64,000 nucleotides of DNA from Bacteroidales bacterium (GTDB lineage: Bacteria > Bacteroidota > Bacteroidia > Bacteroidales > F082): the NCBI GenBank assembly GCA_017466405.1, contig JAFTUF010000041.1, positions 10,119 to 74,118 of the forward strand. Reading direction: 5' to 3'. Of this stretch, positions 43,716 through 52,672 are shown piece by piece (position 1 is the first letter of the stretch; the number at the start of each line of letters is the position of its first letter). The notes beneath the pieces are model-generated. The model saw only the letters and a list, made by a program, of their open reading frames with translations. It did not search any database and had not been told where the DNA came from. Both the position numbers and the translations under genes were made by a program.

Positions 43716-44696
43716 ATGAATCGTCGTTTCAATAGTTATAACTCTTATTTTGTAAAGAATTTCGGAGGCAGAGTGCAGAAGATAAGCATCGACGCCGGCT
43801 TCAGCTGTCCTAACCGTGATGGCAAGATAAGCACCGGCGGTTGTTCTTTCTGCCGTAACGATGCCTTCAATCCTTCATATTGTCGTCCCGAAAAAAGCAT
43901 CCGTCAGCAGATTGAAGAAGGCATTGAGTTTCATCAGAGACGTTATCGCCGCGCAAAAAAATATCTCGCTTACTTCCAGCCTTACAGCAACACATATAAA
44001 GGTGTAAATGAGTTAGAAAAAATTTACAGACAAGCTCTCGAAGTAGAAGGCGTCATCGGCATCGTAGTCGGGACACGCCCTGATTGCATAGACGAAGATA
44101 AATTATCTTTGTTAAAGGAAATTAACAAATCACATTATGTGATGATGGAATATGGAGTAGAGTCGGTATATAACGAGACATTAAAAAGAATTAATCGAGG
44201 TCACGATTTCGAGACTGCCAAGAAAGCGATACATCTCACTCACGAATACGGACTGCCTTGCGGAGCTCATTTCATCTTCGGACTGCCAGGAGAATCAAGA
44301 GAGATGATGATAAAGTCAGCCGACATAATATCAGAGCTTCCTCTCACGACAGTAAAATTTCATCAGCTGCAGATATTCAAAGACACACTTATGGCAGAAG
44401 AATATCTCAACAAACCAGAAGCGTTTCATCTTTTTACATTAGAAGATTATATCGAGTTCGTGATTGACTTCACCGAACGACTGAATCCGGATTTCGTCAT
44501 AGAACGTTTCGCCGGTGAGGTTCCGCCTCGCTTCCTTATTTCAGAGCCTTGGATGAATCTTCGTTACGACGAAGTGCTTAATCTCATTGAAAAAAGAATG
44601 AAAGAACGAAAAAGTTTTCAGGGAAAACTTTTTAGGAGAGCGGGAGCGGGAATGGGAACGGGAGCGGGAGCGGGATTTGAGGACGGGATTATTTAA
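43716..44696 (+). CDS. radical SAM protein (TIGR01212-like)
   Basis: CPNRDGKISTGGCSFC cluster. The last 20 codons or so (RRAGAGMGTGAGAGFEDGII) are encoded by the G-rich repeat, so the native C-terminus is uncertain. Confidence 0.85.
   Translation: MNRRFNSYNSYFVKNFGGRVQKISIDAGFSCPNRDGKISTGGCSFCRNDAFNPSYCRPEKSIRQQIEEGIEFHQRRYRRAKKYLAYFQPYSNTYKGVNELEKIYRQALEVEGVIGIVVGTRPDCIDEDKLSLLKEINKSHYVMMEYGVESVYNETLKRINRGHDFETAKKAIHLTHEYGLPCGAHFIFGLPGESREMMIKSADIISELPLTTVKFHQLQIFKDTLMAEEYLNKPEAFHLFTLEDYIEFVIDFTERLNPDFVIERFAGEVPPRFLISEPWMNLRYDEVLNLIEKRMKERKSFQGKLFRRAGAGMGTGAGAGFEDGII
44637..44688 (+). repeat. G-rich dispersed repeat (GGGAGCGGG/GGGAACGGG units)
   Basis: gagcgggagcgggaatgggaacgggagcgggagcgggatttgaggacggga. 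The inverted partner lies at 45121-45229, and a third copy at 53003-53066. Confidence 0.9.
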
Positions 44697-45081
44697 TTCT
44701 ATTACTTACTTTTTTAACTATACTTATTAATATCTTGATTATTCTTGTGCAATCTTTTATTAATGAATCTGCTTCTGTCTCTGTTATATAAGAACTATCT
44801 TTGAGTAATTTCAGCCAAAATTCTGTTTCACTGGCTTCTTTCAAGGCAATATTGACTTTACTAAGATAATCAGCATCTGATTGAGGATATTTTGATTCAT
44901 ATAAATTGGCACCAATACTCGTTCCTGACTTCAATATCTGTTTGGATATTACATCATCTTTATTTGAGAATCGCAGACTTCTATACAGAGCTACAATTCT
45001 TTTAGCAAAATCAAAAGTCAAATCATGAATTCTCATAGACTGCTTCTCTTCTTCAGAAGCGAAAATATTTTTTGTGTTCAT
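44689..45081 (-). CDS. four-helix-bundle protein (23S rRNA intervening-sequence protein family)
   Basis: IHDLTFDFAKRIVALYRSL...ILKSGTSIGANLYES...ALKEASETEFWLKLL is the family signature. Start set at ATG 45081, because the upstream 33 codons of the track ORF are encoded by the repeat. Confidence 0.85.
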   Translation of the reverse strand: MNTKNIFASEEEKQSMRIHDLTFDFAKRIVALYRSLRFSNKDDVISKQILKSGTSIGANLYESKYPQSDADYLSKVNIALKEASETEFWLKLLKDSSYITETEADSLIKDCTRIIKILISIVKKVSNRIK

Positions 45082-45120
45082 ATATTTAAATTTTTGGTTA
45101 ATAACAAAACATTCTAATTC

Positions 45121-45229
45121 GTTCCCATCTCCCATTCCCCACTCTAACCCGCTCTCATCACCCATCCCCGTTCCCAACACCCGTCCCCGCTCTCATCACC
45201 CGTCCCCGCTCTCAACTCCCGTTCCCAAC
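45121..45229 (-). repeat. G-rich dispersed repeat (C-rich on the plus strand), inverted relative to 44637-44688
   Basis: gttcccatctcccattccccactctaacccgctctcatcacccatccccgttcccaacacccgtccccgctctcatcacccgtccccgctctcaactcccgttcccaac. Confidence 0.9.
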
Positions 45230-45732
45230 ATCTGTCTCTGCCATTCAAAAAGCGCCACTGCGGCTGCATGACTTACGTTCAATGAGCGTGTCGGTCCTGG
45301 AACTGGAATATATACAATCTTATCGCATTGCCTAAGAATCTCCTCTCTTATGCCACGACTTTCGTTTCCTACCACAAAAGCGACATCTCTCGGCAAATCG
45401 CAGTCGTAGATACACTCAGCATCGTCGGAGGTCTCGATAGCGACAATCTTCTTTTCGCCGACAATCTTCCTCAAATCATCGTCTTCTGTATAATACCATT
45501 TTATGTTATCCTTACTGCTTGCAGCGGCTTTCTTCACTTTAGAAAGACTATGCGTAGGTGCGACACCGAGGAAACACATCTCCGAAGCCCCGATATTATC
45601 TGCCAAACGAATCATTGAACCCATATTGTCGGGAGTCAGCAGATGGTCGGCGATGACGATAGGCTTAGGGATATTATCATAAATCTTCTCAGGATGAGTT
45701 TCTTTAAACAGATCGTTAGATTTTATATACAT
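45196..45732 (-). CDS. TrmH/SpoU-family RNA 2'-O-methyltransferase
   Basis: FVVGNESRGI and IPVPGPTRSLNVSHAAAVALFEW. The C-terminal approx 11 aa (MLGTGVESGDG) are encoded by the G-rich repeat. Confidence 0.88.
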   Translation of the reverse strand: MYIKSNDLFKETHPEKIYDNIPKPIVIADHLLTPDNMGSMIRLADNIGASEMCFLGVAPTHSLSKVKKAAASSKDNIKWYYTEDDDLRKIVGEKKIVAIETSDDAECIYDCDLPRDVAFVVGNESRGIREEILRQCDKIVYIPVPGPTRSLNVSHAAAVALFEWQRQMLGTGVESGDG

Positions 45733-45775
45733 GGCAAAATTTATTTACCTGCAAATTTAATATTAATATGTAAAC

Positions 45776-45810
45776 AAAAAAGCGACCTTAATTAAAAGAT
45801 CGCTTTTTAA
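45776..45810 (-). terminator. intrinsic terminator after T9SS cargo gene A
   Basis: Minus strand reads aaaaagcgatc ttttaattaag gtcgcttttttg. Confidence 0.75.
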
Positions 45811-45824
45811 ATCTATCAGACACC

Positions 45825-45848
45825 GACTGTTGTCCGTTGTCTGTTGTC
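45825..45848. repeat. CAGACAA-family heptamer array (reverse)
   Basis: gactgttgtccgttgtctgttgtc. Confidence 0.8.
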
Positions 45849-45851
45849 ATC

Positions 45852-47720
45852 TTATTTAGCAACAACAACACGTTGTAATGATTCTTGACCTGCGTTGTCA
45901 ACGATGTTGAAGAAGTAAACTCCGTTTTCGTATGAGCTCATATCAACAATATTGTTATCGTTTTTAACAACGTTCACCAATTGACCAACTGAGTTGTAAA
46001 CTGCGATGTAGTCGATGTTTTCACCTTCTACCATAACAGCGCCTGTTGTTGGGTTAGGATATACGTTATAAGCGTTGCTTAACACTTCGTTAACATTACC
46101 GCCAGTGATTGTGAGTGTAAGAGGAATCTCAATTGTTGGGTTTGCCGGGTCGTTTGTAACGAATTTAACCACTGATTCATAAACGCCTTCATCGAGACCG
46201 ATAGAGCTGAGGGTTAATGTGATTTCATCTGATGCACCAATTGCCAATGTTCCGTTTGTCTTGCTTAATGTTGCGTAGCCTGCTGGCACAGGAGCGCCTT
46301 GGCAAAGCATTGCGAGACACCAGTTACCGTAGTCGCTGCCAGCGTCTTCTGTGATTGAACGGAATGCGCCATTGTTTTGACGATATAAATCACCTTGACC
46401 TTGAACAGCCTGTGCTCCGTCTAAGTTCATCGCAATACCATTGACAGCTGCTGTTACTTCAATTGCTACATAAACATCAAAGCCTGTCAAAGCAACTGGT
46501 TCGTCAAATTCAACTAAAGTATAGTCGTTGTATGTAATAGCGTCTTGAGAAATTGTTTTCTCTGCTAAGATTTCTCCTGGCATACCATTGACACCTTGAC
46601 CGTAGATACGGAAAATAACGTCAGTACCTGGTTCTAAGATTGGCAATATTTCATCTTGATTATTATTGTTAATCCATTCAAAGAAAGCGTACATAGCGTG
46701 AGTGATGTAAGTGCCTGTCACAGCGTTGCCGTATGCTGTTGCTGGGAACAGAGCTGCCATTTCGAATGTGACAGGGCTTGTTGAGTTCCATCCTAAACCT
46801 TTTGGATTGTTGATAGCATCAGAAGCGTATGAGATAGGATTTTGTTGGTTTCCGCCAGGGCCTACTCCGTAGTCAACCCATGCTGAATATTCAGCGATTG
46901 AAGTACCAGTATTTTCGATGTTGATATCGACTTCTGTCATTTCTACGTCTTGAGGAAGTCCTTCTGCAATTTCATTTGGAGTGATGACTAATGCAGCAGC
47001 TGTTTCGCCACCTATTCTAGAAAACTTGACGTTATCTAAGTAGAACTCTGATGTAGCAGCGTCTTTTGGAGGATAGAATCCCATAGCGTCGAGTTGACGG
47101 TTGCTGCCTGTACCTTGAACGCCCAAGCTCCATTGCCATTCATTGACTTTCACTTCTGAAGCGTCTGGTGCTGTGTAATAAAATTGAGCGAGGTCAGCGT
47201 CAGTGTTGACAACGAGACGGAAGTGCATCCATTCGTCATAAACACATTCAAATTGTTCGTCGATATTAGCACCTACGGCATGACCTTCGCCTGGAGCTGG
47301 TGTTTGATAGTCAGCCATGTGAAGGTGAGCTTCCATTGCCCATTCTGAGTCGATAGATTCGAATTTGTGAAGTGCGTTGAAATAGCCGTTCTTTCCTTCT
47401 GGAATCAAAATGTCTAATTCAATTTCATAAACGCCTGCTTGTACGCCGCCGAGGTCTAACACTTGGTCGTTACCGAAAGTTAAATGTGCACATTTGTTTC
47501 CGTCATATTCTGCTATGACGCCGTCTTCTGCAGAACCTGGATAATATGACCAAGTGGTCCACCAGTTGTTACCTAATGCATTTGCTCCTTGAGCAAGTTT
47601 GTCACCAACAGTGTAAGCTGAGAAATCGTCTTCGATTAAGACAACAGCTTCGTCTTGAGCCTTTACGTTGCCAGCAAATAAAAACAAGGCAACTAACACA
47701 AGTAAAGATACTTTTTTCAT
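45852..47720 (-). CDS. T9SS-secreted protein, paralog A
   Basis: 622 aa with a signal peptide and the C-terminal sorting domain NVYPNPTTGAVMVEGENIDYIAVYNSVGQLV...VYFFNIVDNAGQESLQRVVVAK. Confidence 0.85.
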   Translation of the reverse strand: MKKVSLLVLVALFLFAGNVKAQDEAVVLIEDDFSAYTVGDKLAQGANALGNNWWTTWSYYPGSAEDGVIAEYDGNKCAHLTFGNDQVLDLGGVQAGVYEIELDILIPEGKNGYFNALHKFESIDSEWAMEAHLHMADYQTPAPGEGHAVGANIDEQFECVYDEWMHFRLVVNTDADLAQFYYTAPDASEVKVNEWQWSLGVQGTGSNRQLDAMGFYPPKDAATSEFYLDNVKFSRIGGETAAALVITPNEIAEGLPQDVEMTEVDINIENTGTSIAEYSAWVDYGVGPGGNQQNPISYASDAINNPKGLGWNSTSPVTFEMAALFPATAYGNAVTGTYITHAMYAFFEWINNNNQDEILPILEPGTDVIFRIYGQGVNGMPGEILAEKTISQDAITYNDYTLVEFDEPVALTGFDVYVAIEVTAAVNGIAMNLDGAQAVQGQGDLYRQNNGAFRSITEDAGSDYGNWCLAMLCQGAPVPAGYATLSKTNGTLAIGASDEITLTLSSIGLDEGVYESVVKFVTNDPANPTIEIPLTLTITGGNVNEVLSNAYNVYPNPTTGAVMVEGENIDYIAVYNSVGQLVNVVKNDNNIVDMSSYENGVYFFNIVDNAGQESLQRVVVAK

Positions 47721-47811
47721 TTTTGATTTGTTTAAAATAATGATTAATTATAGTTTAATTTATACTTTGCAAATATAGCACATTTATGGAAACCCCAGCA
47801 TATAAAAGCAA

Positions 47812-47847
47812 ACAAAAAAAGCGACCTTAAAAAAGATCGCTTTTTAT
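47812..47847 (-). terminator. intrinsic terminator after T9SS cargo gene B
   Basis: aaaaaaagcgacc ttaaaaaa gatcgcttttt. The stem is flanked by A/T runs on both sides. Confidence 0.7.
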
Positions 47848-47877
47848 CTTTAGTCTTTCGACTTTAGCCTCTAGTCA

Positions 47878-49758
47878 TTATTTAGCAACAACAACGCGTT
47901 GTAATGATTCTTGACCTGCATTGTCAACGATGTTGAAGAAGTAAACTCCGTTTTCGTATGAGCTCATATCAACAACATTTGTTTCGTTTTTAACAACGTT
48001 TACTAATTGACCAACTGAGTTGTAAACTGCGATGTAGTCGATGTTTTCACCTTCTACCATAACAGCACCTGTTGTTGGGTTAGGATATACGTTGTATGTA
48101 TTGCTTAATACTTCGTTAACATTGTCACCATCAACTACGAGTGTGAGAGGAATTTCAACTGTTGGGTTAGCTGGGTCGTTTGTAACGAATTTAACAGCTG
48201 CTTCGTATGTTTCGCCAGCATCAAGACCGATTGTGCTTAAGTTAACTGTAACTTCATCTGAGCCACCGATTGGCAAAGAACCGTATGTTTTGTTCAATGT
48301 TGCATAGCCACCTTCTACTGGAGTACCTTCGCAGAGCATTGCAAGGCACCAGTTACCATTGTTAGCACCCATATCTTCATTAAGTGATGAGTATGCGCCA
48401 CCATTTTGACGGATTAAGTCACCATAACCCATAACTGCTTGACCTGAACCATCTAAGTTCATGATACAACCACCAACAGCTGCTGTCATTTCAACTGCAA
48501 CATATACATCATAACCTGTCAATGCTACTGGTTCGTCAAATTCAACTAATGTATATTGATCCCAGATGATTTCATTTTGAGAGATAGTTTTTTCAGCTAA
48601 AACTCTACCTGGGTTACCATTACGGCCTTGTTCATAAATACGGAAGATAATATCTGTACCTGGTTCAAATGTTGGTGATGGTTCTTGAGTTGTTTGATCA
48701 ACCCATTGGAAGAATGCGTACATAGCTCCTGTGATGTATGTACCCATGACTGAGTTACCGTAAGATGTAGCTGGATATAAAGCTGCCAATTCAAAGTTGA
48801 TAGCTTGTTCTGCAGTCCATGTGATTAAAGATGGATTTTGAACAGGATCAACAGCGTAAGAAATGATTTCTTCAGGACCGTTAGCTGAACCCACACCGTA
48901 GTCAACCCATGCTGAGTAGTCACCGATTGATGTACCTTCGTTTTCAATGCTGATAGTTACAGATGCCATATCGTCAGCAGCAACTGTTTCGTTGATTTCA
49001 CCTGGATTGAATACTAATTCAGCAGCTGTTTCACCACCGATTCTTGTGCATTTGAAGTTGTCGAGGTAGTATTCTGAACCTGCATCTGGAGGGAAGAAGT
49101 CCATAGCGTCTAATTCACGACCTACTGTGTTTTCACCGAAGCTGTCTAAGCTCCATTGCCATTCGCAAACCTTTACTTCATCGTTACCTGGAGTTGAGTA
49201 GTAATATTGAGCAAGGTCAGCGTCTGTGTCAACGTGGAGACGGAAGTGCATCCATTCATCATAGATAGCAGCAACATCACCTGTACCATTGCTACCAGCG
49301 TGAACTGTACCATGACCTGGAGCGTATGTGCTGTTTTGTCCGTCGTTTGTCATGTGTAAATAAGCTTGCATAGCCCATTTTGAATTACCACCGTTGAATT
49401 TGTGAAGAATGTTGAAATAACCATGGCTTCCATTAGGAACCAAAATATCAAATTCAAGGTCATAAACACCTGATTGTGCACCACCGAGCATAAGAACTTG
49501 GTCGTTACCTTCTGTTAAATGAGCACATTTGTTACCATTTAAGTCAACGATAACACCGTCTTCGTCAGAACCTGGAGCATTTGACCATGTTGTCCACCAA
49601 TCTATACCAGCTGCTACAGCCCCTTGTGCGAGCTTGTTACCAACTGTGTAAGCTTCGAAGTCGTCATCAATCAAAACTTCAACTTCGTCTTGAGCTTTTA
49701 CTACGTTGCCAATGAATAAGAACATAGCAACTAACATAAGTAAAGAATACTTTTTCAT
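47878..49758 (-). CDS. T9SS-secreted protein, paralog B
   Basis: 626 aa, collinear with paralog A. The CTD is nearly identical at nucleotide level. Confidence 0.85.
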   Translation of the reverse strand: MKKYSLLMLVAMFLFIGNVVKAQDEVEVLIDDDFEAYTVGNKLAQGAVAAGIDWWTTWSNAPGSDEDGVIVDLNGNKCAHLTEGNDQVLMLGGAQSGVYDLEFDILVPNGSHGYFNILHKFNGGNSKWAMQAYLHMTNDGQNSTYAPGHGTVHAGSNGTGDVAAIYDEWMHFRLHVDTDADLAQYYYSTPGNDEVKVCEWQWSLDSFGENTVGRELDAMDFFPPDAGSEYYLDNFKCTRIGGETAAELVFNPGEINETVAADDMASVTISIENEGTSIGDYSAWVDYGVGSANGPEEIISYAVDPVQNPSLITWTAEQAINFELAALYPATSYGNSVMGTYITGAMYAFFQWVDQTTQEPSPTFEPGTDIIFRIYEQGRNGNPGRVLAEKTISQNEIIWDQYTLVEFDEPVALTGYDVYVAVEMTAAVGGCIMNLDGSGQAVMGYGDLIRQNGGAYSSLNEDMGANNGNWCLAMLCEGTPVEGGYATLNKTYGSLPIGGSDEVTVNLSTIGLDAGETYEAAVKFVTNDPANPTVEIPLTLVVDGDNVNEVLSNTYNVYPNPTTGAVMVEGENIDYIAVYNSVGQLVNVVKNETNVVDMSSYENGVYFFNIVDNAGQESLQRVVVAK

Positions 49759-49893
49759 AATGTTAAATTTTAATAATACATTTAATTAATAGTCTATTTT
49801 ACAGAACGCAAATATAATGGATTTTTTTATCTTAAGTAATATTTTTTCAAAAAATTTTATCTATCAAAACAATTATTATTTTTGCAAAAATAT

Positions 49894-49920
49894 GTAGGGA
49901 CGTATCGCATACGTCCGGTA
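49894..49920. repeat. minimal REP-like hairpin variant (GTAGGGACGTAT CGC ATACGTCC)
   Basis: gtagggacgtatcgcatacgtccggta. It lies inside the 5' extension of the track ORF at 49882. Confidence 0.6.
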
Positions 49921-49929
49921 AAAGGGAAA

Positions 49930-50628
49930 ATGAAAAATTACGAACATATATTCTTCGATCTCGACAATACGCTGTGGGATTTCGACAAGAGTTCCATCTT
50001 GGCGTTCGATAAGATTTTTGATTTATTTCATCTTACAGATTACGGCATTCCAAGTGCGAAAGAGTTTCATAAGACTTATTTCACTTATAACAATCAGCTC
50101 TGGGAACAATATCGTCAAGGAAAGATTGATAAGGATTTTCTGAAAATTGAGCGTTTTAGATTGCCTTTGAAAGATTACGGCATCTATGACGAGAATCTCG
50201 CTCACGAATTAGGTGAGAGTTATACCGACTACGCGGCTCGTTTGGTGGCTTTAGTACCTAACACAATGGAAATCCTTACTTATCTCAAAAACAAAGGTTA
50301 CAAGCTACACCTTATTACTAATGGATTTCTTGAAGTTCAGACCATCAAGATGCAGGCTTCCGGCCTAGATAAATTTATTGACGTTTCCATCATCTCTGAA
50401 GAAGTAGGTTTCAAGAAACCCGACCACAGAATCTTCTATAAAGCAATTGAGAAAGTAGGAGGTTCAATAGATAACAGCGTCATGATTGGCGATGATTTGT
50501 CTGTTGACATTCTTCCTGCCAAGGAAATCGGTATGTTTCATATCTATTTTAACAGAAAACAAATCCCGCATAATGAGACATTAGATTGTGAGATAAAAGA
50601 CCTTATTGAAATAAAGAATTATATTTAA
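49930..50628 (+). CDS. HAD-superfamily hydrolase (YjjG-like nucleotidase subfamily)
   Basis: The ATG at 49930 gives MKNYEHIFFDLDNTLWDF (DxDxT motif I). LITNG (motif II) and MIGDDLSVDI (motif IV). Confidence 0.85.
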   Translation: MKNYEHIFFDLDNTLWDFDKSSILAFDKIFDLFHLTDYGIPSAKEFHKTYFTYNNQLWEQYRQGKIDKDFLKIERFRLPLKDYGIYDENLAHELGESYTDYAARLVALVPNTMEILTYLKNKGYKLHLITNGFLEVQTIKMQASGLDKFIDVSIISEEVGFKKPDHRIFYKAIEKVGGSIDNSVMIGDDLSVDILPAKEIGMFHIYFNRKQIPHNETLDCEIKDLIEIKNYI

Positions 50629-50666
50629 AAATGAGAATCTGAAAAAAAGTTAGAATTTTATCAGAT

Positions 50667-50934
50667 AACAAACAGTCCTGTAAGGACGTAAGACAACAGG
50701 CAGGTGTGAAGTGAAACGGAACGCCTGCTAAACAAGAGCATCCCATCATCCTAGTCCCGTAGGGACGAGAGAACTGTCGCGCCTACAGCGCTCTGATTGG
50801 TCTTGGTTCATTTTAAGCAGGGATTCCGCTAACGCTCCATCGCCTGCCTATTTTCTGCCACCCTTTCAGGGTTAATTTTCATCTAATGAAGATTATTGCT
50901 TTATTACTTGATAGTCCCTTATATCGAACTCACG
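50667..50934. mobile_element. MITE-like multi-hairpin repeat, second (inverted, one-ended) copy
   Basis: The reverse complement aligns with 21938-22265, including cgtgagttcgatataagggactatca, ccctgaaagggtg, gagcgctgtaggcgcgacag, gtccctacgggac and cgtccttacaggac. It lacks the roughly 50-bp insert seen at 22097-22150 and lacks the other terminal repeat. Confidence 0.75.
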
Positions 50935-50967
50935 ATATTTAAATATTTCTCAGTTTTTCAGATTTTA

Positions 50968-51627
50968 TCAAAAATGAGCCAGCACGCTAATCTTACCTCT
51001 GACCTTGTCGCCTATTTTCACATTGACTTTAGCGTCTAATGGAAGGAAGAAATCGACGCGAGAACCGAAGCGTATCAATCCGAACTCCTCTCCTACTTTA
51101 GCAGTAGCGCCTTTATCGACATTGCATATTATACGTCGCGCCATCACACCGGCAATCTGACGGAACAAGACTTCTCTTCCTTGCTCGTCTTTAACAACCA
51201 AAGTGTTGCGTTCGTTCAACTCAGACGACTTAGGATTTATGGCAAACAATTTCTTGCCTGGATGATATTTATAATAACTCACGATGCCATTGATAGGAAA
51301 CCAATTGACGTGAACATTATAAGCTGACATAAAAATTGATATTTGTATTCTCTTATCGTGAAAATATTCTTTTTCCTCGACTTCTTCTATCACAACGACT
51401 TCGCCGTCAGCTGCCGACACTATAGCGTCTTTTTCTATAGTTGTCGTTCTGTTGGTCGGCACTCTGAAGAACGTGATACTCCATATAAATATAGCGAGAG
51501 GAATGAGACAGATTAACAATTGGAGCCACAGCAGTTTAGGCACAAAGAAAAAAATCAACGCTACTATTATTACAGCGATAACAAACACTGTAGAGATGAC
51601 TCCGTAACCTTTTTTATGAATGTACAT
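50968..51627 (-). CDS. psd: phosphatidylserine decarboxylase proenzyme
   Basis: 219 aa with N-terminal TMs and a self-cleavage context FGSRVDFFLP. Confidence 0.88.
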   Translation of the reverse strand: MYIHKKGYGVISTVFVIAVIIVALIFFFVPKLLWLQLLICLIPLAIFIWSITFFRVPTNRTTTIEKDAIVSAADGEVVVIEEVEEKEYFHDKRIQISIFMSAYNVHVNWFPINGIVSYYKYHPGKKLFAINPKSSELNERNTLVVKDEQGREVLFRQIAGVMARRIICNVDKGATAKVGEEFGLIRFGSRVDFFLPLDAKVNVKIGDKVRGKISVLAHF

Positions 51628-51639
51628 GATTTTGTCGAA

Positions 51640-52479
51640 TTAAATTAATAATAGGTAAATGAAGACGAACGGCATCGCCATGAACGTAGCGTCGAAGCGG
51701 TCTAATATCCCACCATGACCAGGAATGATGTTACCAGAATCTTTCACTCCTGCATATCTCTTCATCATAGACTCCGTCAGGTCGCCGAGCGTACCGAAAA
51801 GCACAACGCCTAATGCGAGGAAAAGAACCTGAAGTTCGCTGATAAGATTATCGAAGAAAAATACGTTCAATACAAAACGATTGATAAAATATGCGAACAA
51901 CATTGTAAACACAGCGCCGCCGATACTGCCTTCGATGGTTTTCTTAGGAGATATTCTTGGACATAACTTATGACGTCCTATCGCGCTTCCTGTGAGATAA
52001 GCGAAAATGTCGTTGACCCAAATCAAGATGGATGCGAATATCAGAAGAATCCAGCCGTTATCGGTTCCTATAAGATTCTCATTATAGAACTGCATCATGA
52101 TTCCGCATGGCAAAGCGACGAAAATCATCGAGAGCCACGACGCTCCTACCACACTGACGTAATCGTGTTTCTTGGAGAACAATGCAATCAATAATGGTAT
52201 ATTGAAAAATATAGGAGCGATATAAATACCACTTTCGATAGAATCTGAATTCATTGAGAAAATCGTGAGAAAGACATACAACATCACAGAGCAGCATCCC
52301 ACAATATTTTTCAAAGGTTTATTCTCGCCGTGAGGGAAAAGGTTGGCAATCTCAGAAGAACCTATCATCACCACACACAAAAGCATCAAGGCAGCTGTAT
52401 ATTTACCTAATATAATACTTCCAATAACAACTATCACAAACAAGGCACCAAAGACAGTCCTCTTCCAAAAATTACCCAT
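51640..52479 (-). CDS. cdsA: phosphatidate cytidylyltransferase
   Basis: SMMKRYAGVKDSGNIIPGHGGILDRFD is the CdsA signature. Polytopic. Confidence 0.92.
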   Translation of the reverse strand: MGNFWKRTVFGALFVIVVIGSIILGKYTAALMLLCVVMIGSSEIANLFPHGENKPLKNIVGCCSVMLYVFLTIFSMNSDSIESGIYIAPIFFNIPLLIALFSKKHDYVSVVGASWLSMIFVALPCGIMMQFYNENLIGTDNGWILLIFASILIWVNDIFAYLTGSAIGRHKLCPRISPKKTIEGSIGGAVFTMLFAYFINRFVLNVFFFDNLISELQVLFLALGVVLFGTLGDLTESMMKRYAGVKDSGNIIPGHGGILDRFDATFMAMPFVFIYLLLI

Positions 52480-52528
52480 TTTTATACTTAAATGATTATA
52501 AATAAATAATTTTGCAAATATAATAAAA

Positions 52529-52627
52529 AGACTAAAGTCTATAGTCTAAAGTCTAAAGTTTTTTTCAAATAATTCTTATATTCTCAATTTCTCATTTTTT
52601 CAGTTTCTCAGTTTTTCAGTTTCTCAG
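52529..52627. repeat. two adjacent heptamer arrays (GTCTAAA)n and (TTTCTCAG)n
   Basis: agactaaagtctatagtctaaagtctaaag at 52529-52558 and ttctcaatttctcattttttcagtttctcagtttttcagtttctcag at 52581-52627. Confidence 0.8.
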
Positions 52628-52636
52628 ATTCTAACA

Positions 52637-52659
52637 AGACGTATGCGATACGTCTCTAC
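52637..52659 (-). repeat. minimal REP-like hairpin AGACGTAT GCG ATACGTCT CTAC
   Basis: Read directly. The arms are the same as in the long elements, but there is no internal loop segment. Confidence 0.75.
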
Positions 52660-52672
52660 GAAAGAGCAGTTA

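Noticed and set aside
45082-45180. N-terminal 33 codons of the track ORF 44689-45180
   Set aside because: This stretch is encoded by the G-rich dispersed repeat (MLGTGMGDESGLEWGMGDGNELE). The family-typical sequence begins after the ATG at 45081.
49882-49929. 5' extension of the HAD hydrolase ORF
   Set aside because: It starts at a non-ATG codon and contains a REP-like hairpin. The HAD motif I (FFDLDNT) follows immediately after the ATG at 49930.
21938-50934. The idea that the two inverted MITE-like copies bound a 29-kb composite mobile or invertible segment
   Set aside because: The interval contains core genes (ssrA, a sigma-54 regulator, trmH, a radical SAM gene). One copy lacks a terminus, and no recombinase is present. 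An inversion polymorphism cannot be excluded without population data.
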